Assembly: GCA_045660325.1 (NCBI GenBank)
Contig: JAZRDO010000005.1
Location: forward strand, 56,474 to 120,473
DNA: 64,000 bases
Reading direction: 5' to 3'
From: Eubacteriales bacterium
GTDB taxonomy: Bacteria; Bacillota; Clostridia; Oscillospirales; CAG-272
Made by a program: the position numbers and the translations under genes. A model generated the notes under the pieces. That model was not told the DNA's origin. It saw nothing but the letters and a program-made list of their open reading frames with translations, and ran no database searches. Shown in pieces: positions 1-8,117 of this stretch (its first letter is position 1; every line of letters begins with the position of its first letter).

Positions 1-1
1 T

Positions 2-676
2 CCCCCCGAGATCACAAATACAATGGGCGAATACCTTGCAAATACAGGTGTTTCCCAGTATGCTATCTCCGAAACGCAGAAGTACGGTCACGTAACTTAT
101 TTCTGGAACGGCAACAAATCCGGTAAGTTCTCCGAGGAAAATGAAACATACGTTGAGGTTCTCTCCGACGTAGTTCCCTTCGAGCAGAGACCCTGGATGA
201 AGTGCGCAGAAATTACCGACAAGCTCATTGAAGCTCTTGAATCGGGCAAGTACAAGTACCTCCGCGTAAACTTCCCCAACGGCGATATGGTTGGCCACAC
301 AGGTAGCCTTGCAGCAACTCGTTGCTCCGTTGAGGCGCTTGACATCCAGCTCGGTAGAATTCTCGCGGTTGTTGACAAGCTCGGCGGTGTTGCTCTTATT
401 ACTGCAGACCACGGAAACGCCGACGAAATGTTCGAAATGGACAAGAAGACAGGTCAGCCCAAGGCATCCAAGGACGGCAAGCTCAAGGCTAAGACAAGCC
501 ACACACTCAACCCCGTTCCCTGCATCATTTATGACAACACAGATGCAAAGAACCACTACACAGTAAAGGCTGACAAGGGTCAGTTCGGTCTTTCCGCAGT
601 AGCGGCTACAATGGTTAACCTTATGGGTTACGAAGCACCCGAAATGTGGGATGAAGGCGTAATCGAATTGAATTAA
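2..676 (+). CDS. gpmI: 2,3-bisphosphoglycerate-independent phosphoglycerate mutase, C-terminal part (5' end outside window)
   Basis: Frame is open from the window edge (PPEITNTMGEYL...). Motifs SETQKYGHVTYFWNG and ITADHGNADEM are typical of iPGM. A stem-loop terminator follows. Confidence 0.85.
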   Translation, partial: PPEITNTMGEYLANTGVSQYAISETQKYGHVTYFWNGNKSGKFSEENETYVEVLSDVVPFEQRPWMKCAEITDKLIEALESGKYKYLRVNFPNGDMVGHTGSLAATRCSVEALDIQLGRILAVVDKLGGVALITADHGNADEMFEMDKKTGQPKASKDGKLKAKTSHTLNPVPCIIYDNTDAKNHYTVKADKGQFGLSAVAATMVNLMGYEAPEMWDEGVIELN

Positions 677-685
677 TTATAAAGT

Positions 686-720
686 AAAGGCGCTCGCATC
701 AGCGAGCGCCCTTATTGTTT
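686..720. terminator. Stem-loop terminator between convergent gpmI and the GyrI-like gene
   Basis: GGCGCTCGC (689-697) / GCGAGCGCC (702-710), 4-nt loop, A/T-rich flanks on both sides. Confidence 0.75.
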
Positions 721-723
721 CTG

Positions 724-1080
724 TTAAATTTCCCGATAATATTTGATCCGACACTCTCCATTTTCAAAAAACTCTTCGATCTCGTACGTAAGCGCGCCGT
801 CTCTGTAAATTTTATCGTATATTTCTTTTAAATTATCTGTTTTACCGAACACAGTCTGCCAATTTTCGTCGGGTAATTCAATTTTAAGATTGTATCCATC
901 AATTTCTCCGATTTTAAGTCCAATAGCATAATATATATAGCCATTCTCCCACTTGTAGCCCAAGCCGCGGAGATTTTCAAGTCTGTAAATGTCCGACATT
1001 TCATCCCAAAATGCGCCTATGGTATTATATTGATCTTCATTTTCAAGTGCAAATTTTCTTGATATTCCAATGAATGTCAT
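724..1080 (-). CDS. GyrI-like / Cass2-type small-molecule-binding domain protein (short, 118 aa)
   Basis: The pattern GAFWDEM...YYAIG...LPDENWQTVFG...YEIEEF resembles effector-binding (GyrI-like) domain proteins. Its ATG overlaps the tag stop codon (ATGA at 1077-1080). Confidence 0.45.
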   Translation of the reverse strand: MTFIGISRKFALENEDQYNTIGAFWDEMSDIYRLENLRGLGYKWENGYIYYAIGLKIGEIDGYNLKIELPDENWQTVFGKTDNLKEIYDKIYRDGALTYEIEEFFENGECRIKYYREI

Positions 1081-1634
1081 AAACCTAAATTTCCTTTATA
1101 CATAAAGCATTGCTCGTCGTGAGAACAAATGATTCCAATCGCCTGAAGATAAGAATAGATTATTGTTGACCCCACGAATTTCATTCCCCGTTTCTTAAGC
1201 TCATTTGAGATTGAATCAGATAATTCGTTAGTTGTTTTTTGGGACTCATAAATAATCTCTCCGTCCCAGAATTCTCTTAAAAAGCCCTCAAAAGAGCCGA
1301 ATTCCAAGACAATACTCTTAAAGATTTTACTGTTTGAAACGCTGGCATTTATCTTCAGTCTGTTTCTAATGATGTCCTTATTGTTTTGAAGCTCATTAAT
1401 TTTTTCTGCTCCGTAAAGGCATACCTTTTCAATATCAAAGCCGTCATAAGCTGATCTGAACGCTTCCCTTTTGTTTAAAACACATTCCCACGACAAGCCC
1501 GCCTGAAATGATTCTAAAATGAGCATTTCATAAAGATATCCGTCGGAAAGATTAAGTCTGCACCATTCGTTGTCGTGATACTCTATGTACTTTTCATTTT
1601 TCAAATTACACCAGCGGCAGCGTGATTTTTCCAT
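1077..1634 (-). CDS. tag: DNA-3-methyladenine glycosylase I
   Basis: 185 aa. CRWC...YHDNEWC zinc-site pattern and the LILESFQAGLSWECVLNKREAFR block. ATG preceded by GAGGAA. Confidence 0.9.
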   Translation of the reverse strand: MEKSRCRWCNLKNEKYIEYHDNEWCRLNLSDGYLYEMLILESFQAGLSWECVLNKREAFRSAYDGFDIEKVCLYGAEKINELQNNKDIIRNRLKINASVSNSKIFKSIVLEFGSFEGFLREFWDGEIIYESQKTTNELSDSISNELKKRGMKFVGSTIIYSYLQAIGIICSHDEQCFMYKGNLGL

Positions 1635-1695
1635 ATTTGTTCCTCATATTCAGTAGTGTAAGTTCAGTATATCACAACTGAATTGATTTGTAAAT

Positions 1696-1724
1696 AGAAA
1701 AGCCCCGCTGTGCGAGGCTTTATT
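1696..1724 (-). terminator. Stem-loop terminator after lipoprotein gene 1
   Basis: GCCCCG (1702-1707) / CGAGGC (1713-1718), one G-U pair, T-runs on both sides. Confidence 0.6.
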
Positions 1725-3101
1725 TTAATTTGTGCTGTATTGCTCGATCAGCTCAAAAATGGTTTTGCCAACAAGCTTATACGATCCGCTAATTTCGCCG
1801 GACACGTAAAATATATCATCGGTAACAAAGTACAGCTTTCCGAATTCAGTTTGCACGTATACGGGCGGAACGGGCTCGGGAATGCCGTCGATATCAACAA
1901 ATTTCAGCTCATCGATTGGAATGGCGCAAATTGACTCTTCGGTCATATTATTATACACCATGACCCTGTCAACCGTGGACACAAAGCTCAAATAATTTGT
2001 ATATACGTGTTCTTCATTGAATTTCGGAACATACTGAAGCTTGAAATATTGACCGTTATCATCGCAATAATACTCGCCGTTAAAGATTGAAACCCTTTTG
2101 ACTGTGCCGTCCTTCAAAACGAATTCAAAAACCTCGGTTCCACCGTCGTCAACGCGGGTATCCTCCTCGCGAACCTGTCTTACGGGCATCCAATAAAAGC
2201 TTTCAAACATTTCACTTATCGTAGTGGAATCTGTCGTGCTTGAAATATATTTATGTCCACCGATAAACGTCATTCCATCCTTGCAAACCTTCCTGATCTC
2301 CTGGACCTCGTCGGCATAGGTGCTGAGTAGCCAATAAGCACCGGGGCGATTCCTCAAAAAGCGGTTATCCTCGGGATAGACGTAATTATATTCGCAAATA
2401 TCGCAAAAATTATCCATATTTTCATCTATATGAGGTTCTGCGGTATCAGGCGAAGGAGACGGGCACGCGCAAGTATACTTATACCAATGTGCAAGCTCAT
2501 TGGTTACCCATTCTCCCGTATGCTCGGTGTGATAATCCTCGGGAAGTTCATATTTGCCTGCTAACGGGGTCTCGGAAATATGTCTTATTGAAATTTTATA
2601 AGTACAGTCAAATTCCTTATTATCATATTCAAGAGAATATGCTCCGCCGAGGAAGCTGATAAGGATCATATCAAATATAACCTTACCGTTTTCATCAAGC
2701 GCGCCGTCCGAGTAAATAAACGCATATCGCAAGCCGCTATTATTATGATATCCAAACTCCTCAAACTCCTCTACGTGCTTGAAATAAAACGTCTTAAAGA
2801 GCCCCTTGAAATTGTTCTTCTCTTCTCCGCGCGTACCCAAATACTCAAGATTTTTAGATTTAAGATATTCGTAGACTCTATACGCGTATTCTTCCATCGT
2901 TTCGTAGTTGGTATCAAAATAAATATCCTGATCGTTGACCTTTACGTAATCAATACCCTCAAGCTTGGGAAGCTCCGCGACACCGCATTCTTCAAGAGCC
3001 TCTTTAGAAAACCAAGTATTTTCTTCATAATTATTAAGATCACAAGAAGTAAGACATAAAATAAATATCAATATCAATGCTATTGAAATATATTTTTTCA
3101 T
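1725..3101 (-). CDS. Lipoprotein of unknown function (paralog 1, carries a His/Trp/Cys module)
   Basis: 458 aa. Signal peptide plus lipobox LCLTSC. RBS AAGGAGG. Module HTEHTGEW..AHWYKYTCAC..PH..FCDICEY at residues ~190-240 (DNA ~2382-2534). No enzyme family recognised. Confidence 0.7.
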   Translation of the reverse strand: MKKYISIALILIFILCLTSCDLNNYEENTWFSKEALEECGVAELPKLEGIDYVKVNDQDIYFDTNYETMEEYAYRVYEYLKSKNLEYLGTRGEEKNNFKGLFKTFYFKHVEEFEEFGYHNNSGLRYAFIYSDGALDENGKVIFDMILISFLGGAYSLEYDNKEFDCTYKISIRHISETPLAGKYELPEDYHTEHTGEWVTNELAHWYKYTCACPSPSPDTAEPHIDENMDNFCDICEYNYVYPEDNRFLRNRPGAYWLLSTYADEVQEIRKVCKDGMTFIGGHKYISSTTDSTTISEMFESFYWMPVRQVREEDTRVDDGGTEVFEFVLKDGTVKRVSIFNGEYYCDDNGQYFKLQYVPKFNEEHVYTNYLSFVSTVDRVMVYNNMTEESICAIPIDELKFVDIDGIPEPVPPVYVQTEFGKLYFVTDDIFYVSGEISGSYKLVGKTIFELIEQYSTN

Positions 3102-3153
3102 ATTTACCTCCTTAATGTTTGGATTTTTCTAGTTACCGTTGACCTATATAAGA

Positions 3154-4227
3154 TCAGGGTGTCGTACCGTTCTTAACGTATTCGGGAATATTAACCTCGG
3201 ACATGCCGACGTTGTAATAAGAGAAGGACTTCGTCTCATAGTCAAGCTCTGATTCAAAGAAGTAGTAGTCCGCGCTGATGGTTGTGATCATACCGTCAAC
3301 AATGGTTACTACGTTGTTATAGCAGTAGAGCGTACGGTTCATACTACCGTCAAAGCTTGTGCAAACTGCTTCGATAGCTTCAGCGCAAACGTACGTAGCG
3401 GTTGCCTCATCGTAAGTGAATTTATCAAAATTATCTTCAAATGAAACCTGAATTACTGTTTCTCTTTGCGCGTTCAAAAGATAATCGTCGCTTGTACTGT
3501 CAAGCTTCGAGAAGGGATACTCATTGTTACCCGCCGTCGTTCCCTCCTTGTAGTAGGTATCGCAGGTGCCGTCGGGATTTCGTGCCGAATAAAATTCTCT
3601 TGCGCTGGGAATGCAGTAATATGCGCTATCTTCGGTAATGACACAGTGGTTTACGTGAGTTTGACCGGAAGATTTGAAATTAACGTCCATAGTAAAGTTT
3701 ACAAGCTTGAACTGCTTGAACGCTTCATCCCAAGAGAGCGCATTGTCAACCTCGGTTTTAACGTTTTGTGTTTCAATGCTTTCATAACCGCATTCAAGAC
3801 ACGTGCGTGTTATCGTCATCTTACTGTCTTCGTAAACGATTTCGGGATTGCTGAACAAATGCTCTGCCTTGTCTTTGGTTTCAAAGCAACACTCAACGGT
3901 ACACTGGTACCAATGGAAGTTTTCGCTTTTAGCATATGCCTCTGCGAATATATGCTCGTGGGGGTCTGCTGTGCTTACCTTATCGTTGTAATAATCACAA
4001 ACCTTACATTTGTTTATAGGATTTCCCTCTTCGTCAAACGTAACCGCGAAATCATGCGCTGCCTTCTCGCTTGTCTCGGGACAACCGTCAATTGCCTCGC
4101 AAGCATGCCAGTGATAATCAGCATCGTTTGACCAAGCATCATCAAAAACGTGCTCATGAGCCTCGCAAGCGGTAAATACTACTGCACAAAGCATAATGAG
4201 ACATAAAACAAGTGAAATTTTTTTCAT
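3154..4227 (-). CDS. Lipoprotein of unknown function (paralog 2, two tandem His/Trp/Cys modules)
   Basis: Start moved to MKKISLV (ATG 4225-4227, RBS GGAGGAA). Lipobox VFTAC. Module 1: HEHVF..W..YHWHACEAIDGC..AHDF..CKVCDY. Module 2: HEHIF..Y..FHWYQCTVECC..EHLF..CLECGY. Confidence 0.7.
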   Translation of the reverse strand: MKKISLVLCLIMLCAVVFTACEAHEHVFDDAWSNDADYHWHACEAIDGCPETSEKAAHDFAVTFDEEGNPINKCKVCDYYNDKVSTADPHEHIFAEAYAKSENFHWYQCTVECCFETKDKAEHLFSNPEIVYEDSKMTITRTCLECGYESIETQNVKTEVDNALSWDEAFKQFKLVNFTMDVNFKSSGQTHVNHCVITEDSAYYCIPSAREFYSARNPDGTCDTYYKEGTTAGNNEYPFSKLDSTSDDYLLNAQRETVIQVSFEDNFDKFTYDEATATYVCAEAIEAVCTSFDGSMNRTLYCYNNVVTIVDGMITTISADYYFFESELDYETKSFSYYNVGMSEVNIPEYVKNGTTP

Positions 4228-4276
4228 ATAATTTCCTCCTGACATATTTTTGAACCACGAAATATTAATCAAACAG

Positions 4277-5137
4277 TTAAACTATAACGAGATCCTTGCC
4301 CTTCATATAAATAACCTTTATTGTTTCTGCAGGTTTAAAGTTGACTTGTCGGGTATTTTTATCTATTACAACAGTTCGTTTTTCAAAATTGTATTCGTCG
4401 TCAATTCCCCAGTCGCCGTAGACGGTAAGAAGTGTATATACGTCAACGTAATAATTTTCCTCATCGGAGGAAAATTCGTAATCAAAAATTGCATCCAAAT
4501 GATAGAAGTTAGCCTGGAATAAATATAATGCTATTTTTAGAATATCCTCATTATCATTGGTTTTAATTGTGAGGATATTTCTATCACCAACGTTAGGATT
4601 GTCAATGATAATATCCGCCACATCCTTTTTGAAAGATATAACGTTTGACTCGTATACATTTTCAGTGCTACGTTTAATATTTATACCATAAAATAATTCA
4701 TTTTCGTAAATCACCTCGCACGATACGATAAAACCCTTATATCCCTCATAATACTTTTTGCAAACTTTTACAGCATCTTCTCTTGATTCGGAGGAAGAAA
4801 TCACTCTACTATACCTATTTCCGTCAAAGGTGCATAATGACTTAGCAATGCCATCTGTATAGCTACGCTTGATCAAGGATATGTAATCCTCGTCAGTAAA
4901 GCTTGAATAATCAAGTTCTTCTTTGCATATTGAACAAATAAATTTCTTATTGCTATCAGAAGTAAAATATGAGGTCAAATTTTCCCAAAGGTGGCATCCT
5001 TCGGCGCAATTAGATTCCGTTGGTTCTTTATAAATTTCAGAAACATAATTGTTGCCACTGTATTTATCAAAAGGATTGCACGACACCAAAGAAAATAACA
5101 TCATAACCGTTAAAGTAACAATCAAAAGCTTTTTCAT
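4277..5137 (-). CDS. Lipoprotein of unknown function (paralog 3, partial Cys/His/Trp module)
   Basis: Start moved to MKKLLIV (ATG 5135-5137, RBS GGGAGG). Lipobox LVSC. CAEGCHLW...FICSIC motif near the N-terminus. Confidence 0.65.
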   Translation of the reverse strand: MKKLLIVTLTVMMLFSLVSCNPFDKYSGNNYVSEIYKEPTESNCAEGCHLWENLTSYFTSDSNKKFICSICKEELDYSSFTDEDYISLIKRSYTDGIAKSLCTFDGNRYSRVISSSESREDAVKVCKKYYEGYKGFIVSCEVIYENELFYGINIKRSTENVYESNVISFKKDVADIIIDNPNVGDRNILTIKTNDNEDILKIALYLFQANFYHLDAIFDYEFSSDEENYYVDVYTLLTVYGDWGIDDEYNFEKRTVVIDKNTRQVNFKPAETIKVIYMKGKDLVIV

Positions 5138-5212
5138 AAAGATACCTCCCGTGTTTATAGAAAAAATGATTTTCCTCGTATTCATTATATCATCAAGATG
5201 AATAATTGTCAA

Positions 5213-5248
5213 TATAAAATAAAACAGCACCCACATTCGTGAGTGCTG
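5213..5248 (-). terminator. Rho-independent terminator after rpsI
   Basis: On the minus strand, a 10-bp stem CAGCACTCAC/GTGGGTGCTG with a GAAT loop, followed by TTTTATTTTAT. Confidence 0.85.
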
Positions 5249-5268
5249 TTTGTATAAAGATAAAGAAA

Positions 5269-5670
5269 TTATCTCTTGGAGAACTGAGGAGCACGACGAG
5301 CGCCCTTGAGTCCGTACTTCTTTCTTTCCTTCATTCTGGGGTCTCTTGTGAGGAAGCCAGCCTGCTTAAGAGCGGGTCTGTTAGCTTCGTCAGCTGCGAG
5401 AAGAGCTCTTGCAACACCGTGACGGATAGCACCTGCCTGACCGGAGATACCACCACCGTTTACGTTAGCAACGATGTCAAACTTACCAGTTGTACCTGTT
5501 ACGCCGAAGGGCTGGTTGATGATAAGCTTAAGTGTTTCAAGACCGAAATATTCTTCAACGTCCTTGCCGTTGATTGTGATAGAGCCTGTACCGGGGTAAA
5601 TTCTTACTCTTGCAACAGACTTCTTTCTTCTACCTGTGCCATAGAAATAAGGCTTTGCGCTTGTATACAT
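5269..5670 (-). CDS. rpsI: 30S ribosomal protein S9
   Basis: 133 aa. Ends ...[28 protein letters not shown], the canonical S9 C-terminus. RBS AAGGAAGG. Confidence 0.97.
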   Translation of the reverse strand: MYTSAKPYFYGTGRRKKSVARVRIYPGTGSITINGKDVEEYFGLETLKLIINQPFGVTGTTGKFDIVANVNGGGISGQAGAIRHGVARALLAADEANRPALKQAGFLTRDPRMKERKKYGLKGARRAPQFSKR

Positions 5671-5695
5671 TAGTTACGACCTTCCTTTCTTATGA

Positions 5696-6124
5696 TTAAA
5701 ACTCATAAGCTTCGGGCTTCTGAGCCTCGTGCTTATGAACGTCGCCAGCGTATACCTTAAGTCTTGTAGCTGCTGCACGACCGAGAGAGTTCTTAGGAAG
5801 CATACCCTTAACTGCTACTTCCATAGCGAATTCGGGCTTTTCTGCCATAAGTGTCTTGTACTGTACGCTCTTGAGACCGCCAACATAGCCGGAGTGTCTC
5901 TGATAGTACTTCTGCTCAAGCTTCTTACCTGTAAGAACAGCCTTATCAGCGTTTACGATGATTACGAAGTTACCACAGTCAACGTGGGGTGTGAATTCAG
6001 GAGCATTCTTGCCACGAAGAAGGTCTGCTGCTGCAACTGCTGTCTTACCCATGGGCTTGCCAGCTGCATCGAGCACGTACCACTTGCGGACAACTGCTTC
6101 TTTTTTCTGCATAAATGTAGACAT
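5696..6124 (-). CDS. rplM: 50S ribosomal protein L13
   Basis: Start moved to MSTFMQKKE (ATG 6122-6124, RBS GGAGGA). RKWYVLDA...GKTAV...LRGK pattern of L13. Lies directly upstream of rpsI, the usual order. Confidence 0.96.
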   Translation of the reverse strand: MSTFMQKKEAVVRKWYVLDAAGKPMGKTAVAAADLLRGKNAPEFTPHVDCGNFVIIVNADKAVLTGKKLEQKYYQRHSGYVGGLKSVQYKTLMAEKPEFAMEVAVKGMLPKNSLGRAAATRLKVYAGDVHKHEAQKPEAYEF

Positions 6125-6174
6125 TTTGTTATCCTCCAATTAGTTTACATACTTTTATTTTTTAATACTCGCAT

Positions 6175-6203
6175 ATTATATCATAGGGATTTTACTTTGT
6201 CAA
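6175..6203 (-). promoter_or_regulatory. Sigma-A type promoter for rplM-rpsI
   Basis: Minus strand TTGACA (6198-6203), 17 nt, TATAAT (6175-6180), about 50 nt upstream of the rplM ATG. Confidence 0.65.
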
Positions 6204-6397
6204 TACCTTTTTTAAAAATTTTTTAAATTTTTTAATTTAGCATAGCAATACCTCGTTTTTGCTCTCATTTCCTCCGTTTTTTGCTTTCTTTCCTCGCGCT
6301 TGATAATCAATTAACAGAAAATAATAATGATATTTCTTCCCTCTATCGAATAGAATGGAATATCATTACAAAAAGCCAAAATACAGGAGGAAAAGAA

Positions 6398-7363
6398 ATG
6401 AATAACGTATATAAGCCTGAGGGCTCCATAATTGCCACTCAAAGAAACAGAGAGTATCTCTCGAGCAAAGCTTCACTTGAAAAAGCAATGGCAACAGGAA
6501 TGATCCTCGAGGCTATGGCAACACTTTGTGATAATGATTTCAATATACACGTTGACCTCGGTTGCATTCGCGGTATTATCCCAAGATCCGAGGCAGCATA
6601 TAATCATGATGGAAGTGATATTAAGGATATAGCGGTGATAACGCGCGTCGGAAAGCCGATATGCTTCAAGGTCATCGGTATTTCAGAATCAGGCGGGAAA
6701 TGCATTGCCTTACTCTCTCGCCGACAGGCTCAAATTGAATGCTACAATAATTATATTTCTACGCTTATACCGGGTGACTTGGTGAGCGCGAAAGTAACTC
6801 ATCTTGAATCCTTCGGAGCGTTTTGTGATATCGGCTGCGGTATCATTTCCCTTCTTTCCATTGATTCGATATCAGTATCACGAATCCTCCATCCTAAAGA
6901 CAGGCTTTTCAGCGGCATGAGTATACGCGCAATTATTAAGCACATTGATCCTGCGAACAGCAGGATATTCCTATCAACAAAAGAGTTGCTTGGCACTTGG
7001 GAGGAGAACGCAAGAGAATTTGCACAAGGTCAAACTGTAGCGGGAATAATCAGAAGCGTAGAAAGCTACGGCGTTTTCGTTGAGCTTACACCAAACCTCG
7101 CAGGACTTGCCGAAATTAAGGAGGATCTCATTCTTGAGGATGGAAGCAAACTCGACACCTCAGCTATCGGTAAATGCACCGCGGTATACATAAAGAGTAT
7201 AATTCCCGATAGAATGAAAATTAAGCTCGTTCTTATCGACTCATACAAAACGAAGGCAAATTCACAAGAGCTTAAATATTATATAAATGAAGATATCACA
7301 CATATCGATTACTGGAAGTATTCGCCTGACGGCGCTCCCAAGCTGATAGAAAGCATATTCTGA
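6398..7363 (+). CDS. S1 RNA-binding domain protein (multiple S1/OB repeats)
   Basis: Start moved to MNNVYKPEG (ATG 6398, RBS AGGAGG). S1-like blocks GDLVSAKVTHLESFGAFCDIG and GQTVAGIIRSVESYGVFVELT. Confidence 0.75.
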   Translation: MNNVYKPEGSIIATQRNREYLSSKASLEKAMATGMILEAMATLCDNDFNIHVDLGCIRGIIPRSEAAYNHDGSDIKDIAVITRVGKPICFKVIGISESGGKCIALLSRRQAQIECYNNYISTLIPGDLVSAKVTHLESFGAFCDIGCGIISLLSIDSISVSRILHPKDRLFSGMSIRAIIKHIDPANSRIFLSTKELLGTWEENAREFAQGQTVAGIIRSVESYGVFVELTPNLAGLAEIKEDLILEDGSKLDTSAIGKCTAVYIKSIIPDRMKIKLVLIDSYKTKANSQELKYYINEDITHIDYWKYSPDGAPKLIESIF

Positions 7364-7364
7364 T

Positions 7365-7400
7365 AAAAGCTCCGCTTTGAAATTCAAAGCGGAGCTTAAA
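7365..7400. terminator. Bidirectional terminator (S1 gene / mgtC-like gene)
   Basis: 15-bp stem AAGCTCCGCTTTGAA / TTCAAAGCGGAGCTT with A/T-rich flanks. Confidence 0.85.
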
Positions 7401-7401
7401 A

Positions 7402-8103
7402 TTATACCATTATAGCGAAATCAACGCTCTCAAGCTTCTGGATCTTTTCGATCTTTTCATCAATTGAAACGTTATGAGGAATCTTTATCGTAGCCTCAAG
7501 GCCTACGTTCGTGGAAATACCACTTCTTGAAGATGTAACCTGAATTTCCTTTGCAGAAAAATCATTCTTTAAGGAATGAATTGTTTCCTTAACTGCTGTT
7601 ACGTCATTCACTTCTATGTAAAAAGTTACCATTCTGCGCTTGCGGTTCATATAAGTTTCAAACTTAGTAAGTCCTGCGAAAGCGAATACCGCAACAATTG
7701 CAGCAAAGAACGCGGGAATGTAGAGACCGAAGCCGACTGCAAGACCAATGGCCGCAGTTGCCCAAATGCCCGCCGCAGTAGTTAGGCCCGAAATATGGGA
7801 CTTGCCCTTTCGAAGAAGAATGGTGCCCGCGCCAAGGAATGAAATTCCGCTTATAACCTGCGCGCCGGTTCTTTGCGCATCGGAGGACATTCCAAGCACT
7901 TCGGTAAGATGAAGACCGATGATCGCGCATAAAGCAGAGCCCAAGGATACAAGAATATGCGTACGTAAGCCTGCGGCGCGTCCTGAAAATTCTCTCTCAA
8001 ATCCGATAATCGCGCCTGCTATTACCGCGAGAAGTATTTTTAAAAGCATTTGAAGTATGTGGTAATCTCTGAAATAATCAACTAAGCTGTTCCATAATTC
8101 CAT
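7402..8103 (-). CDS. MgtC/SapB family membrane protein
   Basis: LLAVIAGAIIGFEREFSGRAAGLRTHILVSLGSAL signature, 4-5 TM segments and a soluble C-terminal domain. RBS GGAGGTG. Starts 14 nt after the pcrA stop. Confidence 0.85.
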   Translation of the reverse strand: MELWNSLVDYFRDYHILQMLLKILLAVIAGAIIGFEREFSGRAAGLRTHILVSLGSALCAIIGLHLTEVLGMSSDAQRTGAQVISGISFLGAGTILLRKGKSHISGLTTAAGIWATAAIGLAVGFGLYIPAFFAAIVAVFAFAGLTKFETYMNRKRRMVTFYIEVNDVTAVKETIHSLKNDFSAKEIQVTSSRSGISTNVGLEATIKIPHNVSIDEKIEKIQKLESVDFAIMV

Positions 8104-8117
8104 AATAGCACCTCCAA

